A stretch of 64,000 nucleotides of DNA, taken from the human T2T-CHM13v2.0 reference genome, Homo sapiens. The translations under genes were made by a program, and so were the position numbers. The notes below the pieces were generated by a model. It ran no database searches, was not told where the DNA came from, and saw only the letters and a program-made list of their open reading frames with translations. Every line of letters starts with the position of its first letter. Within the stretch, counting starts at the first letter, position 1. The DNA is taken from assembly GCF_009914755.1 (NCBI RefSeq), contig NC_060930.1; one strand, written 5' to 3'. Below are positions 38,031-52,619 of this stretch, in pieces.

Positions 38031-38090
38031 TTTTTATGATCTGTTTAGTGCTTATTATTTTTTTTATGATCTGTTTAGTGCTTATTATTT
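38031..38090 (+). repeat. Perfect 30-bp tandem duplication in the SNRNP48 3'UTR
   Basis: tttttatgatctgtttagtgcttattattt x2. Confidence 0.92.
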
Positions 38091-40144
38091 TCCAGTAAAT
38101 ATGCTTCAAACCATGAGTACACTATTAGGCCCTACAACTTTGTTTTCCTTATATTTTATTAGATGATTTGCTTCCTATAACTGATGTTGTTTTGTTCGTT
38201 TTGCTAATATATGTATCTCAAAATTCTTTAAGTCAATATTTATCATATGTAAATTAAACATGAATACATTCTCATCTTATAACTACATCTTATAAATAAG
38301 GCTAATAACCCTTAGAACACCACCTGCGGTTCTGTCCTCACCCCAGTGGCGACTACTGTTTACCACTACACTGGTGAATTGTAGTAGGGAAAAACAATCT
38401 AAATATTGAAGAGGAATGGCCTAATTAAAATATGATGTAGTCATAGGATAGATTATTGTATTGGAGTTAAAAGAAATAATCTAGATCCATATTAACCTGG
38501 ATTGGTCTCAAAAACATAATGCTCAGTGAAAATAGCAAGTTGTAGAAAGTTATATACAAATTATATATATGTACAAAACAATACTATGCATTCTCTATGG
38601 CTATATAATGTACGTAAATCTATTTTTAAAGGTTCAGAGGAATCCATACCAAAGTTCTAACAGCGAGTAGGAGGTATAGATGAGAGATTAGGGGTGCAAA
38701 TCAGGATTGGGAGGGTGGTCAGAGGGAACTTTAGCTTTATCCATAACATTAATTTTTTTAAAAAATAAGGTCTTAATGTTTCATTTAATTTAAAATATAC
38801 TGTCATGTTGTGTTTTGTAAATCAACTGAATTGAGGTACTATTTACTTAGATTTATTGCACCCTTTTTAAGTGTGTATTTTATTGGGTTTTGACAGATTC
38901 ATACCTCTGTGCAGCCACTATCACGATCAAGATACAAATATTTTCATTGCCCCCAAAATTCTCATACCCCCTTTCCCAATCAATTCCTCTACCCCTAGCC
39001 CTAGGCAGCCACAGATTTGCTTTTGGTTACCGATTAGATCTATCCATTGTAGAATTCATGTAAATAGAATACTGTAGTATGTACTTTGCCTTCTTCCTCT
39101 CTGCAGATTTTTGAGATTGATCCCTGTGTGTCAGTTGTGCATTTTTTTTGTTGCTGAGTAGTATGTTCTATCTTATGTCAGATCATTCACATGAGACTTT
39201 GGCATGAAATGTTAAGCATCCGACATCTAAATAGCAATATTTTGAATACTGGAAACTCAGGTTAAAGATTTTGTTTCCAAGTAGAAATGAAATCTTATTA
39301 TTTTAATAAGTAGCTGACAATGACAGAAAGATTGGATTTGGATCAGATTGGCTGTTAGGCTTCAGGTATGGGAAACAGCTCTCAGATTTATAAATTGGAA
39401 ATCACCAGGTTACTTGCCAATATATAGTCATATTGCTGCCATTGTACTTAATTTCTAAATATATAAAATCCACATTTAAAAATTATAAAAGCAAGGACTT
39501 GGGAGTGACTGATGAATCATGAAATTGCTGCTTTTATAGATCAAAACTACTTGAATCATCAGGAATTTCATATTTTTCATATTGTGTGACAACTTATAAT
39601 TTTGTTTCAAATTGTGATTTCATTGATTTTACTAACTGGAAGGAAGAAGAATAAAATTGGCATATTTAGGTTTTTTGTAGAAGAAAGATACAAGTGAAAA
39701 TTAGGAGTGGATTGGAGAAATTGGGGGGAAATAGAAGAGTACGGAGAAAGGAAGAGATTGAAAATGTTACCAGAGTTCTTTAAAGCTCACATTTTATAGT
39801 ATCACTGCTACAAACTATTTAATGAAATGTGGCATCGGGTGAAAAGAGGCATTTGTTTGATCCTTGAACGAATTAATCTCACGTACTTCCCTGTTTGTGG
39901 TTTGAGCCTTTCACTGGATGTGAGCTACTTGAGAGCAGGGTTTATGCCTTCATCAGCGTGACCCCTGTGCCTGCAGCCTCATAGGTGTTAATCTGTAATT
40001 TTAAATTTTGACAAAAGCATTTTCACAGCCCTGCCACATAAGATCTAGTTTTTATTTCTAGAGTGCTGCTATGAATAATTACTATAGCTGCTGTCCATCT
40101 TGCCCATCCATTAAGGTACCTTCTCACAAACATTTCTAATCTAC

Positions 40145-40537
40145 TGGCTGGAGTGCAGTGGTGCAGTCTGTAGCTCACTGCAGCCTCAAACTCCTAGGCT
40201 CAGGCGATCCTCTTGCCCTGGCCTCCCATGTAGCTGCAACTATAGGTGTGTGCCACTACACCTGGCTAATGTTTTTAGTTTTTTAGAGATGGAGTCTTGC
40301 TCTGTTGCCTAGGCTGGTCTTGAACTCCTGGGCTCAGATGATCCTCCTGTCCTCAGCCTCCCAAAATGCTGGGAGCCACCAGGCACCAGGTGTGATCTAC
40401 CACACCTGTCTAAAAAGTATGTATTTTTAAATTTTTTTGTAGAGACAGGATCTCACTATGTTCTCCAGCTGGTCTCAAGCTCCTGGCCTCGGCCTCCTAA
40501 AGTGCTGGGATTACAAGTGTGAGCCACTGTGCCTAGT
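40145..40537 (-). mobile_element. AluJ, antisense, plus an extra left-arm fragment
   Basis: ggctggagtgcagtgg...cccaaaatgctggg then a second tttttgtagagacagg...aagtgctgggattaca. Confidence 0.8.
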
Positions 40538-42199
40538 CACTTTAATTGAGATATTGGCAAGTCAACTGCCATGCAGAGCCCAGGGCACTGGTTATATTCA
40601 GTAAGAAACTGAACTCAGCACTCAGAATTTTAAATTAAATCAATGATCTTCAAGTATTTGCCACTTTCGAGTACAGCTAATTGGATAATCTCAAACCCTT
40701 TAGTGAAAATATCTTAAATGCATTGAGAATATTTTCTAATTACCTGTGTATGCTACAGTACAGACATTAATTCTATAAACATGTTCATAGGTCTTCCCCC
40801 TCGCCCCGCCCGTCTTCTAAGGGCATTTTCTTTTTAGTGAGTTCATGAATGTTTAACGGTTCTGGTGCAAAGCTTTCTTGCATTCTGAGCATAAAAATAA
40901 TAAAACCCACTTATATTTGCTTGAGTGTGTTTACAAGTCAATTTCCTTTTATGTAGCTTGCTTTTTCATTTGCTATAATTGATCCTGCAGGTGTGTGAAT
41001 TATTAAACTAACGCTCTTTTAAACCACACTTGTTTTATTAGTGATTGTACTTCCTGCTGTGGTCACAGATTTAGGAGTTTTTGGTGTTACAGAAAGTGCT
41101 CATAGCTTTTGGATATTTGGACTGGGACCAGTAATTTCTAGAGCTCCCTTTCAGGAAAGAAAAAATAAGATTTGCCAGATGTAAGGGGCTCTGAGCTAGA
41201 TTCATCTTTATTGAATAAGTCAAGTCACTTTCCCATTTTAAAAACAAGTCCACCTAAGAAAAAAGAGGCTGCCTTAAAATAGAATATAAATTCCTAACCT
41301 AGCTTTTAGTCCTTTATTTTAGTATTATAAAGCAGGGGTACTTGCTACATACAGCCATGGGGAGAATGGTGAATGAAGAAAGGCTGCAGGCTCCGGGGAG
41401 TCCTTCCTTAGGAGTTTCACATCTTGTGTCACCAATTAAGGGATCTGGGTTTGAGTTACTTGAGTACTCTTTATGAGGATAATTTCCCGTAATTGTGGAG
41501 CTTTAGTAACCCATGTTCCTCCAGCTGCAAGCCATGACTCCTAGTCTAGAATGAGAAAGGTAATTAAAGGGAGCGTCAGGAATACAGAGATGAAGCAGGA
41601 GCCTGGGCTTTATTTGGTAATGCCGACACAATTAAAAAACCAATACTTTAACGTAATAAATTCTTCACATACTGACAGAATAACTGATCAAAGAGGGCAG
41701 TAAGATGAGTCAGGTACAATACAGGCTGTGTAACCCTGGGCAGACTCTTAGTCCCTCCATACCTTCTCCATACTGTATGCCCTCAGAAGATTGTCAAGCA
41801 TAATGTGATTTGGCCCATGCAGTGTCTGACATGTCGCAGGTACTGAATGCCCACTGTTACTGTGATTCGTTACAGATGTGAGCTCATCCTTTCTACTCTG
41901 GCTCCTGTGACTGGTTTGGATTCTCAGATCGGTGTTCTCTCTCATTCTGCATGCTCTGCCCAGCAGCTGTGACCCACTCTTAGTTTTAACTATGCCGACA
42001 ACCAATTCCATGACTTCAGCCCAGACCTCTCCTCCAAGCGCCGTGTCTATGCGTTAAAATAGCACAGCTTCTCCTAGTGCTGTCCACATACTTCTGACTC
42101 CACACTGCAAAACTACAGTTACCACCCTTCCGTCAAACCTCTGCCTCCTCACTCTGTCTTTCTGCATTTGCTTCACGTCACCATCTTCCTTTTCGATCA

Positions 42200-42572
<373 letters not shown>

Positions 42573-42593
42573 TTACCTCCTAAGTATCTTGTA

Positions 42594-42941
42594 CAGGTTG
42601 AGTATCCTTAATTTGAAAATCTGAAATCTGAAATACTCCAAAATCCAAAACTTTTTGAGTGCTGACATGCTCTTGAGCCTAAGAGGAAAATTCCACACCT
42701 GACCTCATGTGATAGGTCTCAGTCAAAACTTTGTTTCATGCACAATATTATTTGAAATATTATATGAAATTGCCTTCAGGCTATGCATATACGGTATGTA
42801 TGAAACATAAATGAATTTCATGTTAGATTTGGGTCTCATTCCCAAGATATCTCAATCTGCATATGCAGATATCCCCTAATTTGAAAAATATCCAAAATCT
42901 GAATTGGTCTCAAGCATTTCGGATACGGGAAACTCAACCTG
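42594..42941. mobile_element. Tigger4 (MER46/Zombi)-type MITE
   Basis: TIRs CAGGTTGAG...CTCAACCTG flanked by TA on both sides. Confidence 0.85.
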
Positions 42942-42977
42942 TACTGAGCCCACCCCGTCTTTCCATACTACTATTTT

Positions 42978-44137
42978 AGTAAGAAAAAGCCAGCGGACTG
43001 TTCTCTCTTATTATACTCTCACCACATAACACTTTCGTGACCAGATGTGCGTGGATTTTCCCCACTCGTCACTTCTCTGGGGGACGCCAGCTGGGCATCC
43101 TACAATTTAACTCATTTCTGACATTGTCTACCTGGAGTTATCATCAGATCCCACAAGTTAAGGGCTCAGTCCCACAAGACTAATCCCCACTTCAGATACA
43201 GTCAGATGCAAGTCTGGGCCCCTGGTACTTCTGACGAACTGGCTATAAATTGGGGGTTCCCACAATCCCCTTGCAGTTTGATCATTTGCTAGCGCAGCTC
43301 ATAGAACTTGGGAGAACAAACACTTTACTTGCTATTGCCGATTTATTACAAAGAATATTTTAAAGGCTACAAATGAACAGCCAGATGAAGAAATACACAA
43401 GGCAAGGTTGAGAAGGGTCCCGCTCACAGGACCCTGCGTCCCCATGGAGTTGGAGCGCACCACCCCTTCTGAATGTAGATGTGTTCAGCAACCCAAAAGG
43501 AAACTCTGAACCCAGTCTTTTTAAGTTTTTATGGAAGCTTCAATAAGTGAGCATGGGCCGGGTGTGGTGGCTCACGCCTGTAATCCCAGCATTTTGGGAG
43601 GCTGAGGCGAGTGGATCATCTGAGGTCAGGAGTTCGAGACCAGCCTGGCCAACATGGTGAAATCCCGTCTCTACTAAAAATACAAAAATTAGTCAGGTGT
43701 GGTGGTGGGCGCCGGTAGTCGCAGCTCCTCGGGAGGCTGAAGCACGAGAATTGCTTGAATCCGGGAGGCGGAGGTTTCAGTGAACCAAGATTGCTGCTGC
43801 CCTCCAGCCTTGGCAACAGAGAGAGACTCTGTCTCAAAAAAAAAAAAAAAGTAAGCATGATCGATGATATCATTGGCCATTGGTGATCAACTCAACCTTC
43901 AGCCCCCCTCCCCTCCTCAGAGATGGGGCACAGGGAGGGCTGAAGGTCCTAACCCTGTCATCATGCTGCCAGTTCCCCTGGTAACTAGCCCTCATGCTGA
44001 GGCCATCCAGGAGCCCCCAGCCACCCGTCAGTTCATTAGATACAAAAAGACACCTATCACTGGAGATTGCAAGGAGTTTGGGAGCTATGGCTCAGAAAAT
44101 GGGACAAAGGCCAAATATATGTTTATTATAAATCACA
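42978..44137 (-). mobile_element. MER21-type LTR split by an Alu
   Basis: ctacctggagtta...cagatcccacaagttaagggctcagtcccacaagact...; ends tattataaatcaca. Confidence 0.75.
43556..43850 (+). mobile_element. AluS
   Basis: Full Alu; TSD aagt(g/a)agcatg. Confidence 0.94.
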
Positions 44138-44417
44138 GTGTCTTACTACCCTGCCTAGTTCCAGTGGCAAACATCTCTTGCCTACACTACTACAACCATC
44201 TCCTCATTGCTTTTCCTGCCTCTTTTTGCCCTCAGGCCAGCCCCACTTACAGTTGCCTAAGTAATTGTCTGAATTCCTCCCCCGAGCTCTTCCCTCTGTC
44301 TCCATTACGGCCACATATGCTTTCGGAGTCTGAACAGTTATCATCTCCTCCAGAAAGCCTTATGGACCTACTTGGAGAGGCTAGACAGGGAAGGACTGAC
44401 TGAGAAGATGCTATTTA

Positions 44418-44639
<222 letters not shown>

Positions 44640-44849
44640 TCAAAATTGACTTTAGCCTTTGCCATTTTCCCAAAGGTGCTCGCTAAGGGTTGTTTGGTTC
44701 ATACACAGCTGGCTACTGCCACCTTATGGCAAAAAGTTGAACAGAAACTTCCATGCATAAAATTCTGCGAACTTACAAAAGCCTGACAATTTTCCAGTTC
44801 ATCTCACCTGGTACAATGGATGAATTATTCTGCATTTGATCTAAGATTA

Positions 44850-46660
<1,811 letters not shown>

Positions 46661-48797
46661 AGGACCAGTGTCCAAGGCGATCCAATTTCGAAAAAAAAGG
46701 AACATATTCTCTCTAACCTGTATACGTCTGGTTGACTAAAGCAACAGTATTTTAAATCAATTTTTAACTAATTGATGACTTATTTATATGGAGAGGAGCT
46801 GCCATTGCTCATTGTTTCTCTGTCGGGACGGAGACAGCAAGGCAGATTTTCTCTGTCCTGGGAAGAATCAGGTGAATACATTTGTTTCTGTGGACGTGCA
46901 GCAAGCTTTGTCCTAGAGGGGTGGGCCAGGGCCTCTTTGGAGACTTCAGGAGGCTGTCCCTTTCTTTGGTCCCTCCTTCAAGTGTAGGGAGATAATGAAC
47001 TTCCTTTGAGGAAAGAAATGAAAACCCCAATCTTCTCCTTTTTGAGGCTGAGCATTATCCAGACTTCTACATTTGGAGATAGTGCCTGCTGAGGCGGGTC
47101 TACTGACAGAAGTAAGCTCCAAGGCCTCCCTCAGACAGCTAACCTGGTGACCTGGGTTCCATGGGATGCCCAGATTGTCATGGACATGAAAAAGGCTGTG
47201 GGCAGTGCTGGGTGGAGCACCTCTCTGCCTGGGGTACTTGCTTGTGAGTAGGATCCTGGGGATCCAGGCTTATTCTGAGTGTGGGACTTCCTGGGTGGAA
47301 ATATTCTGGAAAAAGTGGAATTTTGCTGCCTTAAAGAATCACTAAGTCTTGGAACCCGCAGTAGTGCCCATGATCTCTTTGAATTAGACAAGAAGAGTGC
47401 TTGATTGTAGCTCTTGCAATCCTCACTGCCTGGCAGGGCAGCTCATTCCGGAGCAGCCTCGTTCTGGGGTAGCTGTGGTTTTCTTCAGCCCCGAGGGCAT
47501 TTGCTGAGTTTTGCTTTATGTGACTGGATGGGACTGGCCTTGGAGACACTAATAAGCACGTGAGGGTTTTTGGACAATGCGAAGAGTTGGTGCCAAGCCA
47601 CAAGTGGGAGATGTTGAACTTCCTGCGAATCTGGTGTGTTGTAGCCTGAGTCGGTTTCAATATGAAAAATAAGAGTGACAGTGCCTTCCTTGTATGCTAA
47701 TCTGGCGAAGTGGCTCATGCTGGCCATGTAACAACCTGGCAGCCTCCTACAGAAGCAAGTGGGGTGTGGCATTCCTGCTGTCTGCATCTTCTGTTTGTCA
47801 CCTCGCCCACTCTGTGGCCATATCCCTTGTCCTGATGGCTTCCATCACAGCAGCCGGGGGCAACTCAGCCTGGACTCTTCCAAGCCTTTCTCTCTGTTCC
47901 TAGCCGTGTGCGGCTAGAGAGCATCACAAGACCCCAACCTGGTGCCACGAAGGGGTAAGGACCCCAGTCACTCCCCTCCACACCTTTAACTCCCCTCTTC
48001 CTGTCTTCTTTGCTTTCCTCAAACTGACAGCCTGGCCACTTCCCACTTCACTTAGAAAATAGAAACTGGCAGACACAAACTTCTTTCCCACCCTGCCACA
48101 AAGGCTGTTCCTTTCTGGGCATCTGGGATGATGAGAGCTGATGGGTACTGAGTGCCTCCAAGGAGCTAGGGCTGCCCTACAGGCCTCACACGCTAACTCA
48201 TTTAATTGTTTGTTCTCTCCTACATAAAAACCCCCAACCCCAAACCAACCAACAAAACCCAACGCACAGAGAGATTAAGCAACTTGACTGAGCTCACACA
48301 GCACTGGGATGAGACCTCAGGCAGCCTGACTCCAGAGCACCCAGCACCTGCTACGGAGCCTAGAACACAGAAGGCACCCAGGAAAAACGGGTTGAATGAT
48401 TCCATGCAGGAATCTAGGAGGCTGAACTTCAGCTTTAGAGTAGAATGCCCGTCAGCTCAATATCAAACACAAAGGGAAAATAATGATGATTTTGGGGAGG
48501 AAGAAGTGGTGAGACACAGTAAATTTATACTTAAATTTTATTTTCCAATGCAAAAAATATCTTCTAAGTGAAGAACATGTGACAAATTTGCACAACTATA
48601 AAGAAGGAAAATAAAGCCACTAGGAAACACAGTACACTTTGTTCCATTTTGAAATCCAAATATCTCTGGGAAAAATACTTCTACAGGCCACTCTCCTTTA
48701 CATCTTTGTCACAATGAATTTCAGATCCCCACTGACATTACTGTGATAAGTGTTTAAGATTCAGAGGTGCCAAAATGGAGATCAAAGTCCTAATTGT

Positions 48798-48968
48798 GGC
48801 AGGATGCGCGGTGGCTCACACTTGTAATCCCAGCACTTTGGGAGGCTGAGGTGTGTGGATCACTTGAGCCCAGGAGTTCGAGTTCAGCCTGGGAAACATG
48901 GCAAAACCTCCTCTCTACAAAAAAACAAACAAACAAGCAAGAAAATAAAAAAAACCAACAAAAACAAA
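48798..48968 (+). mobile_element. Free left Alu monomer (FLAM-like) with A-rich tail
   Basis: Left arm only, then (CAAA)n. Confidence 0.8.
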
Positions 48969-49107
48969 GTCTTGATTGTATTAATGACAGCAAGGCAGGT
49001 GCTCACTCAGTCTCAGGTTCTTGTGAGACCAACTTGGAGACTGAATGTGGACTTCTCATGTCCTCTCGCAGTTTGAAACTGTGTGGCTCTGCCCTGGGCT
49101 CACTCAC

Positions 49108-49163
49108 TGTATTTGTCAGGGTTTTTCCAGAGAAATAGAGTCAATAGGGCGTGTGGAGAGAGA

Positions 49164-49201
<38 letters not shown>

Positions 49202-50178
49202 TTTCAAGGGATCAGCTCATGCAATTGTGGAGGCTGACAATTTCGAAGTCCACAGGGTGGACCCGCAGGCTGGAGACCCAGGGAAGAGTTGATGTTACAG
49301 GTGAAGTCCAAAGACCGTTTTCTGGCAGAATTCCCTCTTGCTCAGGAGACACGAGTCTTTTTGTTCTGTCCAGGTCTTCCACTGATTGGATGTGGCCCAC
49401 TCACATCCAGGAAGGAGATCTCCTTTACCTGAAGTCTGCTGATTTAAATGTTCATCTTGGCTTCAGGAACTGTGGGTTATGGTGCAGACATGGGAAAGTT
49501 CAAGAACAACACTACAAACAACCAGTCCTGAAAATAGTACAGAAACACATCAAGAAATCCTGATCACAAAGATTGATTTCTTAAAGGGATGGACCCCAAG
49601 TTCCCGAAGAACATGCACTTCGCCTAGAAGCACAACGAGAAGGGCCTGGAGAAGATGCAGGACAACAACATGCGAGCTGAGGCTATCAAGGCCCCCCAAA
49701 GCCTATGGAAGTCCAGCCCAGGGTTCCAAAGAGCGCCAGCCGCAAGCTCGATTTGCCTACACTGCCCACCCCAAGGCTGGGAAGCATGCTCGGGCCCACA
49801 TTGCCACGGGTCTCAGGCTCTGCTGGCCAAAGGCCAAGGCCAAGGATCAAACCAAGGCCCAGGCCTCGGCTTCAGCTGCAGCTCCAGCTTCAGTTCTAGC
49901 TCCTGCTCAGGCTTCCAAAGGTGCCCAGGCCCCCATGAAGGCTCTGGAGTAGAGAGCTTCATCTGCCAATGTGAGGACAGAAGGACTGGTGTGACCCCCG
50001 GGCTGCTGTCTGCATGGGGCTGGTGTCCTCCTGTGCTATTTGTGTGAATAAACCTAAGGCAGGAAAAAAATGCTGATCTCGTCCCCAAACACCCTCACAG
50101 AAATATAAAGAATAAGTTTTGACTACACATCTGGGTACTATGGCCTAGCAAAATTGACACATAAAGTTAGCTGTCACA
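49108..50178 (-). mobile_element. MLT2 (ERVL) LTR interrupted by an RPL29 retrocopy
   Basis: tgtatttgtcagggtttttccagagaaa...(GA)n...gctcatgcaattgtggaggctg...; resumes aaacaccctcacaga...ttgacacataaagttagctgtcaca. Confidence 0.8.
49458..50070 (+). pseudogene. RPL29P1: Processed pseudogene of ribosomal protein L29 (eL29); the numbered symbol is from memory
   Basis: Intronless; ATG 49490 gives [13 protein letters not shown] (cf. MAKSKNHTTHNQSRK); frameshifts; C-terminal [34 protein letters not shown]; stop 49950-49952; AATAAA 50047-50052; A tail; TSD aaatg(t/c)t(c/g)atct. Confidence 0.92.
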
Positions 50179-50423
50179 CTTAGCTAGCTGCAGGTGTCAG
50201 AGCTGGGAAAAGATCCCCTTCCATGATCAGAGGCCCTGGCTGGCAGGGAGGGGGCTACCACATGGAGGCTAGAGGTGGGGAGCTCATTGTCCTTCAATTC
50301 GGGTGGTCTAAAGGCAATAGGCTATGCTGGACAAGGGCAGGTCCTACTTGGACATCTTAAATAGAATTGGGGGCAGATTCCATTTTTGGGGGGCCCTCTT
50401 TTTAAGAAAATAATACAAAATTA

Positions 50424-50697
50424 GGGTCTGGGTGCAATGGCTCACACCTGTAATCCCAGCATTTTTGGAGGCTAAGGCGGAAGGATTGCTTGAGGCCAGG
50501 AATTCAAGACCAGACTGGGCAACATAGGGAGACCCTGTCTCTACAAAAAAAAAACATTTTTTTTAATTAGCCAGATGTGGTGGTGTGTGCCTGTAATCTC
50601 AACTGCTTGGGAGGCTGAAGTGGGAGGATTGCTTGAGCCTGGGAGGTTGAGGCTTAAGTGAACCATTATGGTACCACTGTACTCCAGCCTGGATAAC
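50424..50697 (+). mobile_element. AluJ lacking its 3' end and tail
   Basis: Diverged Alu ending at ctccagcctggataac. Confidence 0.85.
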
Positions 50698-51054
50698 GGA
50701 AGCTGGAGTGACAGAAACTAGGTGATAGAGAGTGGGAAAATAATTAGGTATCAGACCTTGAAAGGAACTCCAAGCATAAATTTCATTACCCCATAGTAAA
50801 TCATCTATGAGAAAGAACGCAGATAGAAAGGAAAGACGAGAGTAGCCTACTTCTCCAGCATTCCTGGAGCAGGTAGAGAATAGGTTATCAATAATTGCAT
50901 TTGAATAGGTGACTGAGGGAATGAAACTTTAAGGGTGAAAGTTGGGTGAAGTTTTTGGCCATTGGCCTTGCCGTGCTTCTGAACCATGACTCACCACCTC
51001 CATGGATGGACCAGTGTTTGAGCTCGTCCAAGTTCATATGTCTTTTCTCTGAAT

Positions 51055-51276
51055 CAGGGGTTGGCAAGCTTTTTCTGTGAAAGATCAAAGGGTAAATATC
51101 TTAAGCTTTGTGGGCCATACAGTTTCTGTGGCAATGACTTGACTCCACTTTTGTAGCACAAAGCAGCCAGAGACAGTTGGTAAATGAAGGTGTGCGGCTG
51201 GGCACCATGGCATTTCATTTACCGAAAGAGGTGATGAGCAAGATTTGGCCCCCAGGCTGCCATTTGATGAGCTCTG
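51055..51276 (+). mobile_element. MER58A (hAT-Charlie) DNA transposon
   Basis: caggggttggcaagctttttctgt...taaatatcttaagctttgtgggccatacag...gatttggccc. Confidence 0.75.
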
Positions 51277-52315
51277 CTCTAGGTCACTGCTTTTCAGTAT
51301 TTAAAAACAGGATATTTTCTTCAAATCACCTTCAAGAGCATCTAACACATAAGCCTGATGAAAACAGTTGCTGCAGTTTAAGTTTGGGTGGGTGGGGGTC
51401 AGCCTAGAGCCTGGTCCTTCTCATGGTGACACCAAAGGAAACTCCATGGAGCTCCCTGGGTTCTGAGGAACCTAGAGTGAAGTCCACTGCCCCACTCCAC
51501 ATGGCCTGTCCCCAATACGCTTCCAAATGATCCTTCCTACATTTGTTGTGATGTTACTTATTATCCCCACAACTAGACAGTAAGACCCTTGAGAGCCTGG
51601 GCCAAGGCCTTGCCAGCTTTTTCCCTTCTCTATGGTGCCAAGCATGAGCCGAGACTCAGGCACAGCTGTTTAACGTGGAATAACCTGGGAACTTGGTCTA
51701 ACCTGAGTTAGTCCCTGACTCAAGGTAATCAGTCGCTGAAGTACAGATGCTAGAGCTGGAAGAAGGCAGGGGTTCACTTTCTTCTCCATGTGGGCCCCAT
51801 CCCCCAATTTGTCAAGTGAGAGAATGAAGCCCATTCATTCATAATGTCATTCACATCTAAATTTGTGCTCTGACCAAGATTTTACTTTCTCACAGATATT
51901 AAGTTTGGGTTTATCCCCAACTAGGTTTATCCCCAGTGTTTTCGGAAATAAGTTCTCAAGGTTGTTATGGAATTATTAGAAGAAAAACAGTGGGTGGCAG
52001 TGGTGGTATGTGTGTGAGTGGGTTGGGGTGGGGTGGGGAAGTCGGTCAATGTGTGCAGTTCCTGCAATAGGAAAAGAAGCATGTGCTTCAGGTGAAGGGA
52101 ATGCCGCTGACAAGGGTCCTTACTTATGCCTAGAATGATGCTGGGCAGACATCCTCAATATTGGGAGAATTAAATGGAATGGTAGCCTCCAGGAGCCCTC
52201 ACTATCCTGCTACTCATTTTCTGAGTTCCTGAAGTTATAGAGTTAGTTACACAAAAACAAAAATAGACACATCATGAAAATATTTAATGACCACAAATAA
52301 AATCTTCCCCTGCTC

Positions 52316-52619
52316 GGCCAGGCATGGTGGCTCATGCCTGTAATCCCAACACTTTGGGAGGCAGAGGTGGGTGGATCACTTGAGGCCAGGAGTTCGAGAC
52401 CAGCCTGGCCAACATGATGAAACCCCATTTCTACTAAAAATACAAAAATTAGCCGGGCATCGTGGCATACGCCTGTAATCCCAGCTACACAGGAGGCAGA
52501 GGCAGAGAATCACTTGAACCTGGGAAGTGAAGGCTGCAGTGAGTCGAGATTGTGCCACTGCGCTCCAGCCTGGGAGACAAAATGAGACTCCATCACAAAA
52601 AAAAAAAAAAAAAAAAAAA
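52316..52619 (+). mobile_element. AluS
   Basis: Full Alu; TSD tcttcccctgctc. Confidence 0.95.

Larger units (their letters stand above)
37941..41030 (+). other. SNRNP48: SNRNP48 long 3'UTR; candidate poly(A) signals AATAAA 40899-40904 and ATTAAA 41002-41007
   Basis: Hexamers seen directly with U/GU-rich downstream tracts; the end is inferred. Confidence 0.55.

Noticed and set aside
43864-44403. 179-aa ORF
   Set aside because: Lies in MER21 LTR and flank; no recognisable domain or splice context
49045-49563. 172-aa ORF with an (ER)n run
   Set aside because: Translation of the MLT2 LTR and its (GA)n microsatellite
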